A stretch of 35,204 bases of DNA, from contig CAYIQK010000001.1 of the NCBI GenBank assembly GCA_964365515.1, positions 1 to 35,204 on the forward strand, written 5' to 3'. The notes beneath the pieces were generated by a model that made no database searches, was not told the origin of the DNA, and saw only the letters and a list, made by a program, of their open reading frames with translations. A program made the translations under genes and the position numbers. This DNA comes from an uncultured Planctomycetales bacterium. Lineage in GTDB: Bacteria > Omnitrophota > Gorgyraeia > Zapsychrales > Zapsychraceae. Numbering within the stretch: position 1 is the first letter of the stretch; every line of letters begins with the position of its first letter. This document shows, piece by piece, positions 1 through 7,496 of the stretch.

Positions 1-155
1 TTGCCCGGGTCCATATACCCGACGGCAACCATCAAGCCCGGCCCGGCAAAGGCCAGCAACTTGCGCCAAAACCCCGCGTTAACCGGGACATGGATAGAGG
101 AAAACACCTCGGAAAGGCTCGGCGTTTTCAACTCTCGTTTCCATCCTGAAGTCAT
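1..155 (-). CDS. mntH: NRAMP-family divalent metal (Mn2+/Fe2+) transporter, N-terminal fragment; the 3' part lies beyond the window start
   Basis: Absent from the ORF track because fewer than 60 aa lie in the window. Minus-strand translation from the ATG at 155..153 gives [52 protein letters not shown] and runs off the window edge. GPG-x8-DPGN is the N-terminal Nramp/MntH signature. Confidence 0.75.
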   Translation of the reverse strand, partial: MTSGWKRELKTPSLSEVFSSIHVPVNAGFWRKLLAFAGPGLMVAVGYMDPG

Positions 156-162
156 AGACAAA

Positions 163-171
163 GGGGGGGGG
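163..171. repeat. G9 homopolymer (C9 on the coding strand) inside the 17-nt spacer between the redoxin stop and the mntH start
   Basis: Direct reading of aaggggggggg at 161..171. The minus strand reads TGA-TCCCCCCCCCTTTGTCT-ATG. Confidence 0.9.
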
Positions 172-172
172 A

Positions 173-721
173 TCAACGCCACTTGATCGAACAGCCCATG
201 CTTGGCTTTTGATCCGTGGATATGGGTTGACCGGTGGCAAGATTATTCAATGCCTCCTTCAATTCTTCCCGGGTGACTTTGCTTTCATCCTGCCAATTAT
301 CGTCGACGCGGCCATGATAAACCAACTCATGATTTTTATTGAAAAGGTAAACATCCGGCGTGCACTGAGCCTTGAACGCTTTGGCGGTTTGCTGCGCCTC
401 ATCGACTAAGTACGGAAACGTGATCCCCATCTCTTTGATCTTTTCAATCATCTTCGCCGGGGCGTCATCGGGATAATTGGGATGAATATTGGGATTGATG
501 GCGATGGTACTGATTTTCAGATTCCTGGCGTAAGCGGCCAGGCGGATGACCCGCGGCCACACGGCAATAGCGTACGGACAATGATTGCAGGTAAAGACAA
601 CGAGCAAGCCCCGCTCGCCATACTGATCATCGCTGCGGTAGTCTTTCCCTGTAGGGTCTTTGAGCTCGAAGGCCGACATTTTTGTCCCCAAAGGAATCGT
701 GATGGATTCTAATAAAACCAT
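173..721 (-). CDS. Thioredoxin-fold thiol-disulfide oxidoreductase (redoxin/AhpC-TSA-like)
   Basis: ORF 173..745. It has a CxxC motif in FTCNHCPYA and a redoxin-like layout. The ATG at 721 is preceded by AAGAGGAGAAAGAC (Shine-Dalgarno), so I prefer it to the TTG at 745 used by the track. Confidence 0.8.
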   Translation of the reverse strand: MVLLESITIPLGTKMSAFELKDPTGKDYRSDDQYGERGLLVVFTCNHCPYAIAVWPRVIRLAAYARNLKISTIAINPNIHPNYPDDAPAKMIEKIKEMGITFPYLVDEAQQTAKAFKAQCTPDVYLFNKNHELVYHGRVDDNWQDESKVTREELKEALNNLATGQPISTDQKPSMGCSIKWR

Positions 722-763
722 GTCTTTCTCCTCTTTTGATTTCAAATATCTCTGATTGCACCC

Positions 764-791
764 ATTATAATCGACGGTGTTTTCGTGTCAA
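764..791 (-). promoter_or_regulatory. Sigma70-consensus promoter candidate for the redoxin-mntH unit
   Basis: The minus strand reads TTGACA (791..786), a 16-nt spacer, then TATAAT (769..764). This lies about 40 nt upstream of the ATG at 721. Both hexamers match consensus perfectly. Confidence 0.45.
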
Positions 792-840
792 GTCAATTCC
801 AGACGCTCCCTGCGGGAACAACGGTCTCCAAAACATAATC

Positions 841-1413
841 TCACCAAAGTTGTCCGGAAAATCTGATACTGTCTTTGGCGGTTTCAAAGGCCGGGCGGTG
901 TTTTCCGAATCCATCGGGATCAGCGGTGAACTGGATTTTATACAGTTTGTTGATGTCGTTAACCATATAAAATTCCAAATTGAGCAGAGAAGTCTTTGGC
1001 TCCTGATAGAACACCCACCAGGAGATCATGGTATCGATTTTGATTTGTCCATGATCCTTAATCTGGTTTCCGGCTTTCGCCAAGGCCTCCAGAAGAGAAG
1101 GAAATTCGTCTTCCATCCATGTGGGCTGGGACAATTTGACGGTCAAAATCGAAAGACTGGCCTCGGGAACACCCGTGACCAAATCACGTTCCGGAGTGAT
1201 AAACGTGACTACCTCCGGCTTATCGGCAGACTGCAGTACTGGCCTCACACCCCTTTTCTCCTTGATTTCCTCCCATCCGGGCGGAGGGATCATGCTGTAC
1301 CCATTGCCCTTATGCACATTCGATTTGAACAACCCGCCGAAGAAAATAAACTTAACGGCAAGGACACCCAAGACAAACATCATCAAGGCATTCATCAATT
1401 TTTCACTGTACAT
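841..1413 (-). CDS. Hypothetical membrane-anchored protein (N-terminal TM helix plus a soluble domain; a PsbP/DcrB-like fold is only a guess)
   Basis: ORF 841..1479. The ATG at 1413 (MYSEKLMNALMMFVLGVLAVKFIFFGG, a hydrophobic helix) is preceded by AGGGGA 6 nt upstream. The ATG at 1479 has no Shine-Dalgarno. I recognised no catalytic motif. Confidence 0.5.
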   Translation of the reverse strand: MYSEKLMNALMMFVLGVLAVKFIFFGGLFKSNVHKGNGYSMIPPPGWEEIKEKRGVRPVLQSADKPEVVTFITPERDLVTGVPEASLSILTVKLSQPTWMEDEFPSLLEALAKAGNQIKDHGQIKIDTMISWWVFYQEPKTSLLNLEFYMVNDINKLYKIQFTADPDGFGKHRPAFETAKDSIRFSGQLW

Positions 1414-1469
1414 CCATTTTCCCCTAACGTTGAGCGATGATGATCGGCAACATCGATTGTTTGTTTTTA

Positions 1470-1478
1470 AGTATACCA
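1470..1478 (-). promoter_or_regulatory. Extended -10 promoter candidate (TGgTATACT) for the 841..1413 gene
   Basis: The minus strand reads TGGTATACT and the -35 region is weak. The TG belongs to the ATG at 1479, so this call and that upstream start are mutually exclusive. Confidence 0.25.
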
Positions 1479-1540
1479 TATCAATTCATTGTTTAGAAAA
1501 CATTGTCCCTATTGTATTCAGAAATTCACTTTGAAATCAT

Positions 1541-1569
1541 TTACCAGACCCGGATGGACATGCTATAAT
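1541..1569 (+). promoter_or_regulatory. Extended -10 promoter candidate giving a near-leaderless exeA-like mRNA
   Basis: TTACCA (1541..1546), a 17-nt spacer, then TGcTATAAT (1561..1569). The ATG at 1578 lies only 8 nt past the -10 element and has no Shine-Dalgarno. Confidence 0.4.
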
Positions 1570-1577
1570 TGAGACAA

Positions 1578-2399
1578 ATGTACAAGGAATTCTATAGCCT
1601 TCGGGAAGACCCCTTCAACGTCACGGCTGATCCTGATTTTTTCTTTTCAAGTTCGCGCCATATGGAGGCCTTCTCTCACCTGTTGTACGGCATCAAACAG
1701 CGAAAAGGCATCATCGTTATCACCGGAGAAATCGGGACTGGAAAAACCATCCTGTGCCGGACGCTCCTCAACCGCCTCGATCCAAGCATCAAGACCGCCC
1801 TCATTCTCAACCCAAGCTTTTCCGCCACTCAGCTTTTGCAGATCATCATCAAAGACTTAGGCATCGAAGGAGACCTCAAGAACAAATTTGCCCTCATCAA
1901 TGCCCTCAACATGTTTCTGCTAGAGGAGACAAGCCAGGGTAACAATGTCGTCATCATCATCGATGAGGCCCAAAACCTTGGGGTGAGACAACTGGAACAG
2001 ATCCGCCTTCTGTCCAATCTCGAGACCGAAAAGGAAAAACTCCTTCAGATCATCCTCGTCGGACAACCTGAACTCTGCGAGAAGCTCAAACTTTCGTCCT
2101 TACGGCAATTGAATCAAAGGATCACGGTTCGCTACCATATGATGCCGCTGGACCGAAATGAACTGCGGGACTATATCGCCCACCGTTTGAAAGTCGCGGA
2201 GCAGCCGTCTTCCAACCATCAAAATAGAGTTCGATTCACAGAAAGGGCCGTTGATCTCATCTACGAGAAATCCCGCGGGACACCGCGGATGGTCAACATC
2301 CTCTGCGACCGGGCCCTTCTGGCCGGGTACATTGCCGAGACCCATACCGTCGATGAACAGATCATTCAAAGGTCCGTTGAGGAGGTTGTCTTCGCATGA
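1578..2399 (+). CDS. ExeA/GspA/MshM-like AAA+ ATPase (AAA_22 type)
   Basis: ORF 1569..2399. The N-terminus reads MYKEFYSLREDPFNVTADPDFFF. Walker A is GEIGTGKT and Walker B is VVIIIDEAQ, with an ExeA-like layout overall. I prefer the ATG at 1578 to the TTG at 1569. Confidence 0.85.
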   Translation: MYKEFYSLREDPFNVTADPDFFFSSSRHMEAFSHLLYGIKQRKGIIVITGEIGTGKTILCRTLLNRLDPSIKTALILNPSFSATQLLQIIIKDLGIEGDLKNKFALINALNMFLLEETSQGNNVVIIIDEAQNLGVRQLEQIRLLSNLETEKEKLLQIILVGQPELCEKLKLSSLRQLNQRITVRYHMMPLDRNELRDYIAHRLKVAEQPSSNHQNRVRFTERAVDLIYEKSRGTPRMVNILCDRALLAGYIAETHTVDEQIIQRSVEEVVFA

Positions 2400-2983
2400 G
2401 CATCATCAATGACGCCTTAAAAAAAGCCCAAACCGATCTTCATCTCAAAAAGAAAAAAACGCCTGTCACGGCAGATGACCTGGCATGGACACAACGCATT
2501 GAACAGGAAATCACAACAGCCGTCAGCCCCTGCGATTGTGCTCCAACATCGAATGGAAAAAAAACGAGGAGGGGACATTGGTATGCCCTCGTCCTCCTGG
2601 AAATCTGCAGTGTTTGTGCGATTGCGTGGACCCTTTTCATTTTGCAGCCCCAATTATTCAACGCCTCTATGCGTAAGAATGCCGCGCCCAAAAGCGGCAC
2701 ACCCTCGCCACAACCCACTCCCATCCCCGCACAATCCTCTCCCCACTCTTCCCTTCAAACTAAAATTCCATCCGCAAAGCGAAACTTCCCCGACAGCATT
2801 GTCCTTAGCGGCACCATGGTCGTTGACAACCAAAGAGTGGCTCTCATCAATGGCGAGATCTATGAGGTTGGAGACTACATCAACGGCAAGAAGATTGTGG
2901 ATATCTCTCTGGAAAAAGTGGACTTGCTCAGCGGAGATGATGTCATTTCGTTGAGTGTCCGGCCCAAAAAAACCGGTATCTGA
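2396..2983 (+). CDS. GspB/ExeB-like bitopic membrane protein, partner of the ExeA-like ATPase
   Basis: There is an ATGA start/stop overlap with the upstream ATPase. The protein has one TM helix (WYALVLLEICSVCAIAWTLFIL), a Pro/Ser-rich linker, and a C-terminal segment IVLSGTMVVDNQRVALINGEIYEVGDYINGKKIVDISLEKVDLL that resembles the T2SS-B domain pattern. Confidence 0.55.
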   Translation: MSIINDALKKAQTDLHLKKKKTPVTADDLAWTQRIEQEITTAVSPCDCAPTSNGKKTRRGHWYALVLLEICSVCAIAWTLFILQPQLFNASMRKNAAPKSGTPSPQPTPIPAQSSPHSSLQTKIPSAKRNFPDSIVLSGTMVVDNQRVALINGEIYEVGDYINGKKIVDISLEKVDLLSGDDVISLSVRPKKTGI

Positions 2984-2984
2984 T

Positions 2985-4079
2985 TCATCGACCCATATGG
3001 CATTGGATGGCCCGTCGAATCACATCCGGCGGGATATCCTCGACAACCTCCACGCGTCCAATCTTGCGGGCCAACACAAAGCGGTTGCCCCCGGCCTTGA
3101 ATTTTTTGTCATATTGCATGATCCGAAGGATATCAAGAACTTGGACAGAGGGATTGATTTTCTGCGGCAGGCCGATATCGGACAAAAGCCGGCTGAGGAC
3201 TACGGCATCGTCCGGACGCAACATCCCCAGTTCACGGGAAATCTCGGCGGCCACCCGCATCCCCAAGGCAACAGCCTCCCCGTGATGATAATAGCTATAA
3301 CCGGCCGCGGCCTCAATGGCGTGGCCGACGGTGTGTCCGAAGTTGAGGATGGTCCGGATGCCCTTGGTCTCTTTCTCATCATCCATGACCACCCCTGCCT
3401 TGATACGGCTGCAACTTAAAACGACAGCCTCCAAGGCCTCGGATTGACCGTCTAAAATTTTCTTATAATATCCCGCGATGTAGTCAAATAACCTTGGATC
3501 ACAAATGACGCCGTATTTCACCGCCTCCGCCAGGCCGTTACGGATCTGCCGTTTGTCCAGGCTCGATAAGACAGAGATATCACTATAAACAAGACGAGGC
3601 TGATAAAACGCGCCCACCAAGTTCTTGCCAAAAGGCAGATCGATGGCGACCTTGCCGCCGATGGCCGAATCGATTTGAGCCAAGAGGGTCGTCGGCACCT
3701 GGATGTACGGAACGCCTCTTTTGTAAACCGCCGCGACATATCCGGCCAGATCCCCGATCACTCCTCCGCCGAAGGCCATGATAAAAATCTGCCTCAAACG
3801 GTCATAATAGGCGATCTCTTCCATCAAGGCGAACGCCACCTTCGCGGACTTACTCCCCTCCCCCTGCGGCACCTCAAAAGTTTTGACGCTGAAACCCTTT
3901 TTCTCCAAGCCCGCCGCCAAAGCCTTGCCATGATACCGCCTGATCCTAGGATGAGTGATAATCACCGCATCCCGTCCGATGTCCAAACGTTTGAGATGCT
4001 CTCCAAGTTCCGGCAAAATATCCCTGCCGATCATGATCGGATAAGCGTTGTCTTTGAGAGAGACTTTGACGGTTTTCAT
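2985..4079 (-). CDS. aroB: 3-dehydroquinate synthase
   Basis: 364 aa. It carries the GGGVIGDLAGYVAA nucleotide-binding motif and the metal ligands (HTVGHAIE...HGEAVALG) typical of AroB. Confidence 0.93.
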   Translation of the reverse strand: MKTVKVSLKDNAYPIMIGRDILPELGEHLKRLDIGRDAVIITHPRIRRYHGKALAAGLEKKGFSVKTFEVPQGEGSKSAKVAFALMEEIAYYDRLRQIFIMAFGGGVIGDLAGYVAAVYKRGVPYIQVPTTLLAQIDSAIGGKVAIDLPFGKNLVGAFYQPRLVYSDISVLSSLDKRQIRNGLAEAVKYGVICDPRLFDYIAGYYKKILDGQSEALEAVVLSCSRIKAGVVMDDEKETKGIRTILNFGHTVGHAIEAAAGYSYYHHGEAVALGMRVAAEISRELGMLRPDDAVVLSRLLSDIGLPQKINPSVQVLDILRIMQYDKKFKAGGNRFVLARKIGRVEVVEDIPPDVIRRAIQCHMGR

Positions 4080-4705
4080 GAGAATGACACTCCCAGCAGT
4101 TTTCCCATCAACTCGACGGCCGGCACAACAACTCCGTCAAACAGACCCAAATAAATCAAGATGATCACAATGAGAATGCCGTAACGTTCCAATCGGTTAT
4201 AAAGTACAGCCAATCGCCTAGGCAATAACCCCGTCACAAGACGCGAGCCATCCAAGGGCGGGATGGGGATCATATTGAAAGTGGCCAATAACAAATTGAT
4301 AAAGACCGCGGCCTCCATGAACTGACGGGCCAATGCGGGCATCTGTGTCTTAAGAAGTTGGCTGAACAAAATGGCCAGGACGACGTTGACCGCCGGTCCG
4401 GCCAACCCCACCCATATCATATCTCTTTTGGGGTGATGCAGCCGCGAGAAATCAACCGGCACGGGTTTGGCCCAGCCAAACATCAAAGTGCCTTTGCCCA
4501 ATAGACTCAACGTCAACAATATCCCTGGGATCAAAATTGTTCCGACCGGATCAACATGCTTAAGGGGATTCAACGTCAGACGCCCGGCCAATTTGGCCGT
4601 CGGATCTCCAAACTGATAGGCGACCCAGCCATGGGCATATTCATGGAGAATCACTGATGGAAACAAGATCGTTCCCAAAACGATGATTTCTATGATCACT
4701 GTCAC
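4076..4705 (-). CDS. Site-2 protease family (M50) membrane zinc metalloprotease, short form without PDZ
   Basis: HEYAHG (HExxH) in the first TM region plus NMIPIPPLDGS (NxxPxxxLDG). The protein is polytopic and hydrophobic. It uses a GTG start that overlaps the upstream stop (GTGA). Confidence 0.85.
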   Translation of the reverse strand: MTVIIEIIVLGTILFPSVILHEYAHGWVAYQFGDPTAKLAGRLTLNPLKHVDPVGTILIPGILLTLSLLGKGTLMFGWAKPVPVDFSRLHHPKRDMIWVGLAGPAVNVVLAILFSQLLKTQMPALARQFMEAAVFINLLLATFNMIPIPPLDGSRLVTGLLPRRLAVLYNRLERYGILIVIILIYLGLFDGVVVPAVELMGKLLGVSFS

Positions 4706-5487
4706 AATACCAGCCGTATCTTGGAAACGGTAATCACAGGACGAGGGTATGGGCCTTTTGCATCGATCACCCCTTCGATGTTCACCTTCCGATGCGCGAA
4801 TTCCTCAAGGATGTCCTGAAGACCTTGCACATCATAGGCAGGCCGATCATCGATCATCAGCTCATAACCCTCTTCTTTACCGCGAGGCCTCAAATAGCCG
4901 GTCACAGAGATCCGTTCAGCAGGAATCTTTTGAGAAGAAATCGAGTTGATCTCTTCGGCCTGCGGCGATTGGGGAGCCAAAACGCTGACAGGGGGGACAT
5001 CTTTCGATTTGAACGCCAAAAACTGATCAGACACCCAGCCGCAGACATTGGCCGGCGGTTCGATTTTGTACCATCCCTCCCGCTTCTCTCGGATATGCAG
5101 CCGTACACCCTTATCCAATTGACCGAGGATCGTCGCATTGACGTCGGATCTCGCGCGGACATTGACATGATCAACCGTCAGTTCTCCCTGGCGATAATCC
5201 AACAAACGAACATATTTGTCGCTGATATAGACCTCTGTCTCGGAAGGCAGCTGAATTTTATACCAGTTGTAATCGCGTCCGACAACCACAACCTCATCGG
5301 ACTTTTTCAGCCGGCAAAGCCGTTCAAAATTCGCGTTCTGTCCGGCCCGAACATTGACTCCATCGGCGGTGACTTCGGCAAGAAAAGGAAAGGACTCCTG
5401 TTCTGCGACAGCGGTCAAGCAGAAGGAACAAAAACTGAGAATCAAAAGGAGGGTCTGCGGATTCTTTCTTGGGGAGAAAATGATCAC
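4702..5487 (-). CDS. Secreted protein with two bacterial SH3-like repeats
   Basis: The signal peptide is LLLILSFCSFCLTAVAEQ. There are two repeats of the GVNVRAG...W(Y)KI type (TADGVNVRAGQN...NWYKIQLP and VDHVNVRARSD...GWYKIEPP). Confidence 0.65.
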   Translation of the reverse strand: MIIFSPRKNPQTLLLILSFCSFCLTAVAEQESFPFLAEVTADGVNVRAGQNANFERLCRLKKSDEVVVVGRDYNWYKIQLPSETEVYISDKYVRLLDYRQGELTVDHVNVRARSDVNATILGQLDKGVRLHIREKREGWYKIEPPANVCGWVSDQFLAFKSKDVPPVSVLAPQSPQAEEINSISSQKIPAERISVTGYLRPRGKEEGYELMIDDRPAYDVQGLQDILEEFAHRKVNIEGVIDAKGPYPRPVITVSKIRLVL

Positions 5488-5493
5488 CAGAGA

Positions 5494-5736
5494 TTATTTT
5501 GCCGCTGTTTTTCCTTTATTGGCCTCAGCGGCCGGAGCGGCTGCTCCTTCTTCTTCCTTCTTCTTGGATTTGGCGGTCTTGGTCTTTAGAATTTTCGTCT
5601 TCGGCAGGCCCGTCACAGACTGTGTCTGCGCCCAAAGCCCCTTTTTCATAAGGTCTTTGATCCGCTCGATCCTTGTCATGACCGTTCTCTGCTGGGCTGT
5701 GGCCGAGTCAACTCTCAAAGAGGGATGTAACGACAT
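5494..5736 (-). CDS. Small hypothetical protein with a Lys/Ala-rich C-terminal tail
   Basis: 80-aa ORF packed between neighbours (2-nt and 6-nt gaps). The tail reads KTKILKTKTAKSKKKEEEGAAAPAAEANKGKTAAK. I recognised no family. Coding status is inferred only from the tight packing and the open frame. Confidence 0.35.
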   Translation of the reverse strand: MSLHPSLRVDSATAQQRTVMTRIERIKDLMKKGLWAQTQSVTGLPKTKILKTKTAKSKKKEEEGAAAPAAEANKGKTAAK

Positions 5737-5737
5737 C

Positions 5738-6406
5738 TCATAATCTCCTTACCAAACAATCGTTATACTTATTTTTCAACTTATTCAAAAACTGTTTCGC
5801 TGCGTCTTTCTGCACGAACTTCCCCACGCAGACAACCGAATGACTGCCGCTGGGAAGGACAAATATATCATACCCTTTTTCTTTCAAACGCATCGCTTCC
5901 TTACGGGCATTCTCCTCGCGCTTGAACGACGCCACCTGGATCGTGAAATTCTTACCGGCATCCTGCAGGAGAGGTAAAAACTCTGATCCTTGATCCTGCG
6001 CTTGAGACAAAGAACTGTCCGCCACAATTACGGAAGAGGGTGGCGCGATCCGAAGTGCCGGTTGCGAGTTAACGGCCTTTCGCCCCGGGACACCAACGGT
6101 GATAACATCTTTCTTCTCCTGCCCCGGGGCCGCAGCCGCCGTGATGGGGGAACCAACCGCGAGCGGTTCTTGGACACCCTTAGTCAAGGGGCCTGAACCC
6201 ATGCGTTTTCCCTTTTCCACTCCGAAGGAGAAGAACAATATCAAAGACATCATACACAGAATGCATAAAACAATAATATTTTCTACCGAAAGTGTCAAGT
6301 CTTTTAACAGATAGCGCGGTTTGGCAGAAACCAATGGCCTGGCTGCGGAACCAGGAAAAAGTTCAAATTGAGCGAATTGAGGATGGATATCTTTATCGAT
6401 TTGCAT
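5738..6406 (-). CDS. SPOR-domain (septal peptidoglycan-binding) bitopic membrane protein
   Basis: One TM helix (IIVLCILCMMSLILFFSF), a low-complexity linker, and a C-terminal segment FTIQVASFKREENARKEAMRLKEKGYDIFVLPSG...VCVGKF that matches the SPOR pattern. Confidence 0.7.
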   Translation of the reverse strand: MQIDKDIHPQFAQFELFPGSAARPLVSAKPRYLLKDLTLSVENIIVLCILCMMSLILFFSFGVEKGKRMGSGPLTKGVQEPLAVGSPITAAAAPGQEKKDVITVGVPGRKAVNSQPALRIAPPSSVIVADSSLSQAQDQGSEFLPLLQDAGKNFTIQVASFKREENARKEAMRLKEKGYDIFVLPSGSHSVVCVGKFVQKDAAKQFLNKLKNKYNDCLVRRL

Positions 6407-6425
6407 AGAACCTATTATAAGAATA

Positions 6426-7496
6426 TTAACTCCCGGAACTCAAGTAATTTCTGAATTTTTTGTATTTCGCCAATTCCACGAAGGCGGTCACGACTTTGGG
6501 ATCGAATTGTGTGCCGCTATTCTCTTGCAATTCCTCGATGGCCTTAGAGATCGACAGCCGCGCCTTGTAAGCACGTTCCCGCGTCATGGCTTCAAACGCA
6601 TCCACGACCGCCATGATCCGCGCTCCGATGGGGATCTGCTCTTTCTTCAAGCCCGACGGGTATCCTGTGCCGTCGTAATTCTCGTGATGATAAAGGATGA
6701 TGGGCAAGACGGGCTTTAGAAACTCGACCGGTTTGATGAGTGCCACGCTCTTGGCGGGATGTTCGTGAATGATCTTGAATTCCTCCGGCGTCAACTGGCT
6801 GGTCTTGGCCAGGATATTGTACGGCACATCGATCGCGCCGGCGTCACGCAGCACACTCGCATAATAAAGATCGTCAATCTCATGCGGACTCGCCTTGAGT
6901 TCCTCCGCGATGGATTTAATGATTTTGAAATAAACAGGCGTGTGGGAAGTCAGAGACGAATATCCCTGGCGCTTGAGCAATTCCCCGATGAACTTCATAC
7001 TGCCTAAAATGATCCTTTGCTGTTCTTCATAGAGCTGGATATTTTTTAACGCCGTCACGGATTGCTCGACAATGACGGAGAGCATCTCTCTGTCAAACTC
7101 GCTGAAAGGGGGTTCCTCTTTCTTACGACGGACGAAAACCGCCCCGATGTTCTCATCAGCAACGAGCGGAAGGCCGATGAGATGTTTCTCAAAGATAGCG
7201 TATCCTTTGGCAACATTTCTTTCTTTCAAGGAAATGTTGTCGAGATCCTTGCGCTTGTTGAGGAGGATATTGATCTTATTGTCGAAGATCGCCGCCAAGA
7301 CGATCCGTTTCTTGTCCGGATCCAAGATGCAGATGCTCGAAGAGCTGGCCTTGATGAACTGACACAACAAACGTGTCAACCGTAACGCCAATTCCTTCAC
7401 ATCGTAAGTGGAATTGACCAGCCGGTAGACCATGTGAACAGCCGACAGGATCAGCTTATACTTTTTGGTAAGGGTTGAAGAGTTTTTTATGTTCAT
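6426..7496 (-). CDS. GAF-domain plus HD-GYP-domain phosphodiesterase
   Basis: The C-terminal half contains HEHPAKS...HHENYDGTGYP (HD and GYP motifs). The N-terminal roughly 160 aa look GAF-like. The start is uncertain: TTG 7505, ATG 7496 or ATG 7433. The first two overlap the dgt-like gene by 41-50 nt. Confidence 0.85.
   Translation of the reverse strand: MNIKNSSTLTKKYKLILSAVHMVYRLVNSTYDVKELALRLTRLLCQFIKASSSSICILDPDKKRIVLAAIFDNKINILLNKRKDLDNISLKERNVAKGYAIFEKHLIGLPLVADENIGAVFVRRKKEEPPFSEFDREMLSVIVEQSVTALKNIQLYEEQQRIILGSMKFIGELLKRQGYSSLTSHTPVYFKIIKSIAEELKASPHEIDDLYYASVLRDAGAIDVPYNILAKTSQLTPEEFKIIHEHPAKSVALIKPVEFLKPVLPIILYHHENYDGTGYPSGLKKEQIPIGARIMAVVDAFEAMTRERAYKARLSISKAIEELQENSGTQFDPKVVTAFVELAKYKKFRNYLSSGS

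Noticed and set aside
1-186. Plus-strand 61-aa ORF at the window start
   Set aside because: It begins with TTG at the window edge and matches no recognisable family. The opposite strand over the same bases encodes a clear NRAMP/MntH N-terminus (GPG...DPGN), which explains the open frame.
792-840. Possible terminator after the 841..1413 gene (CCCGCAGGG mini-hairpin)
   Set aside because: Only 3-5 bp can pair, the loop is 3 nt, and no U-tract follows. It is too weak to call.
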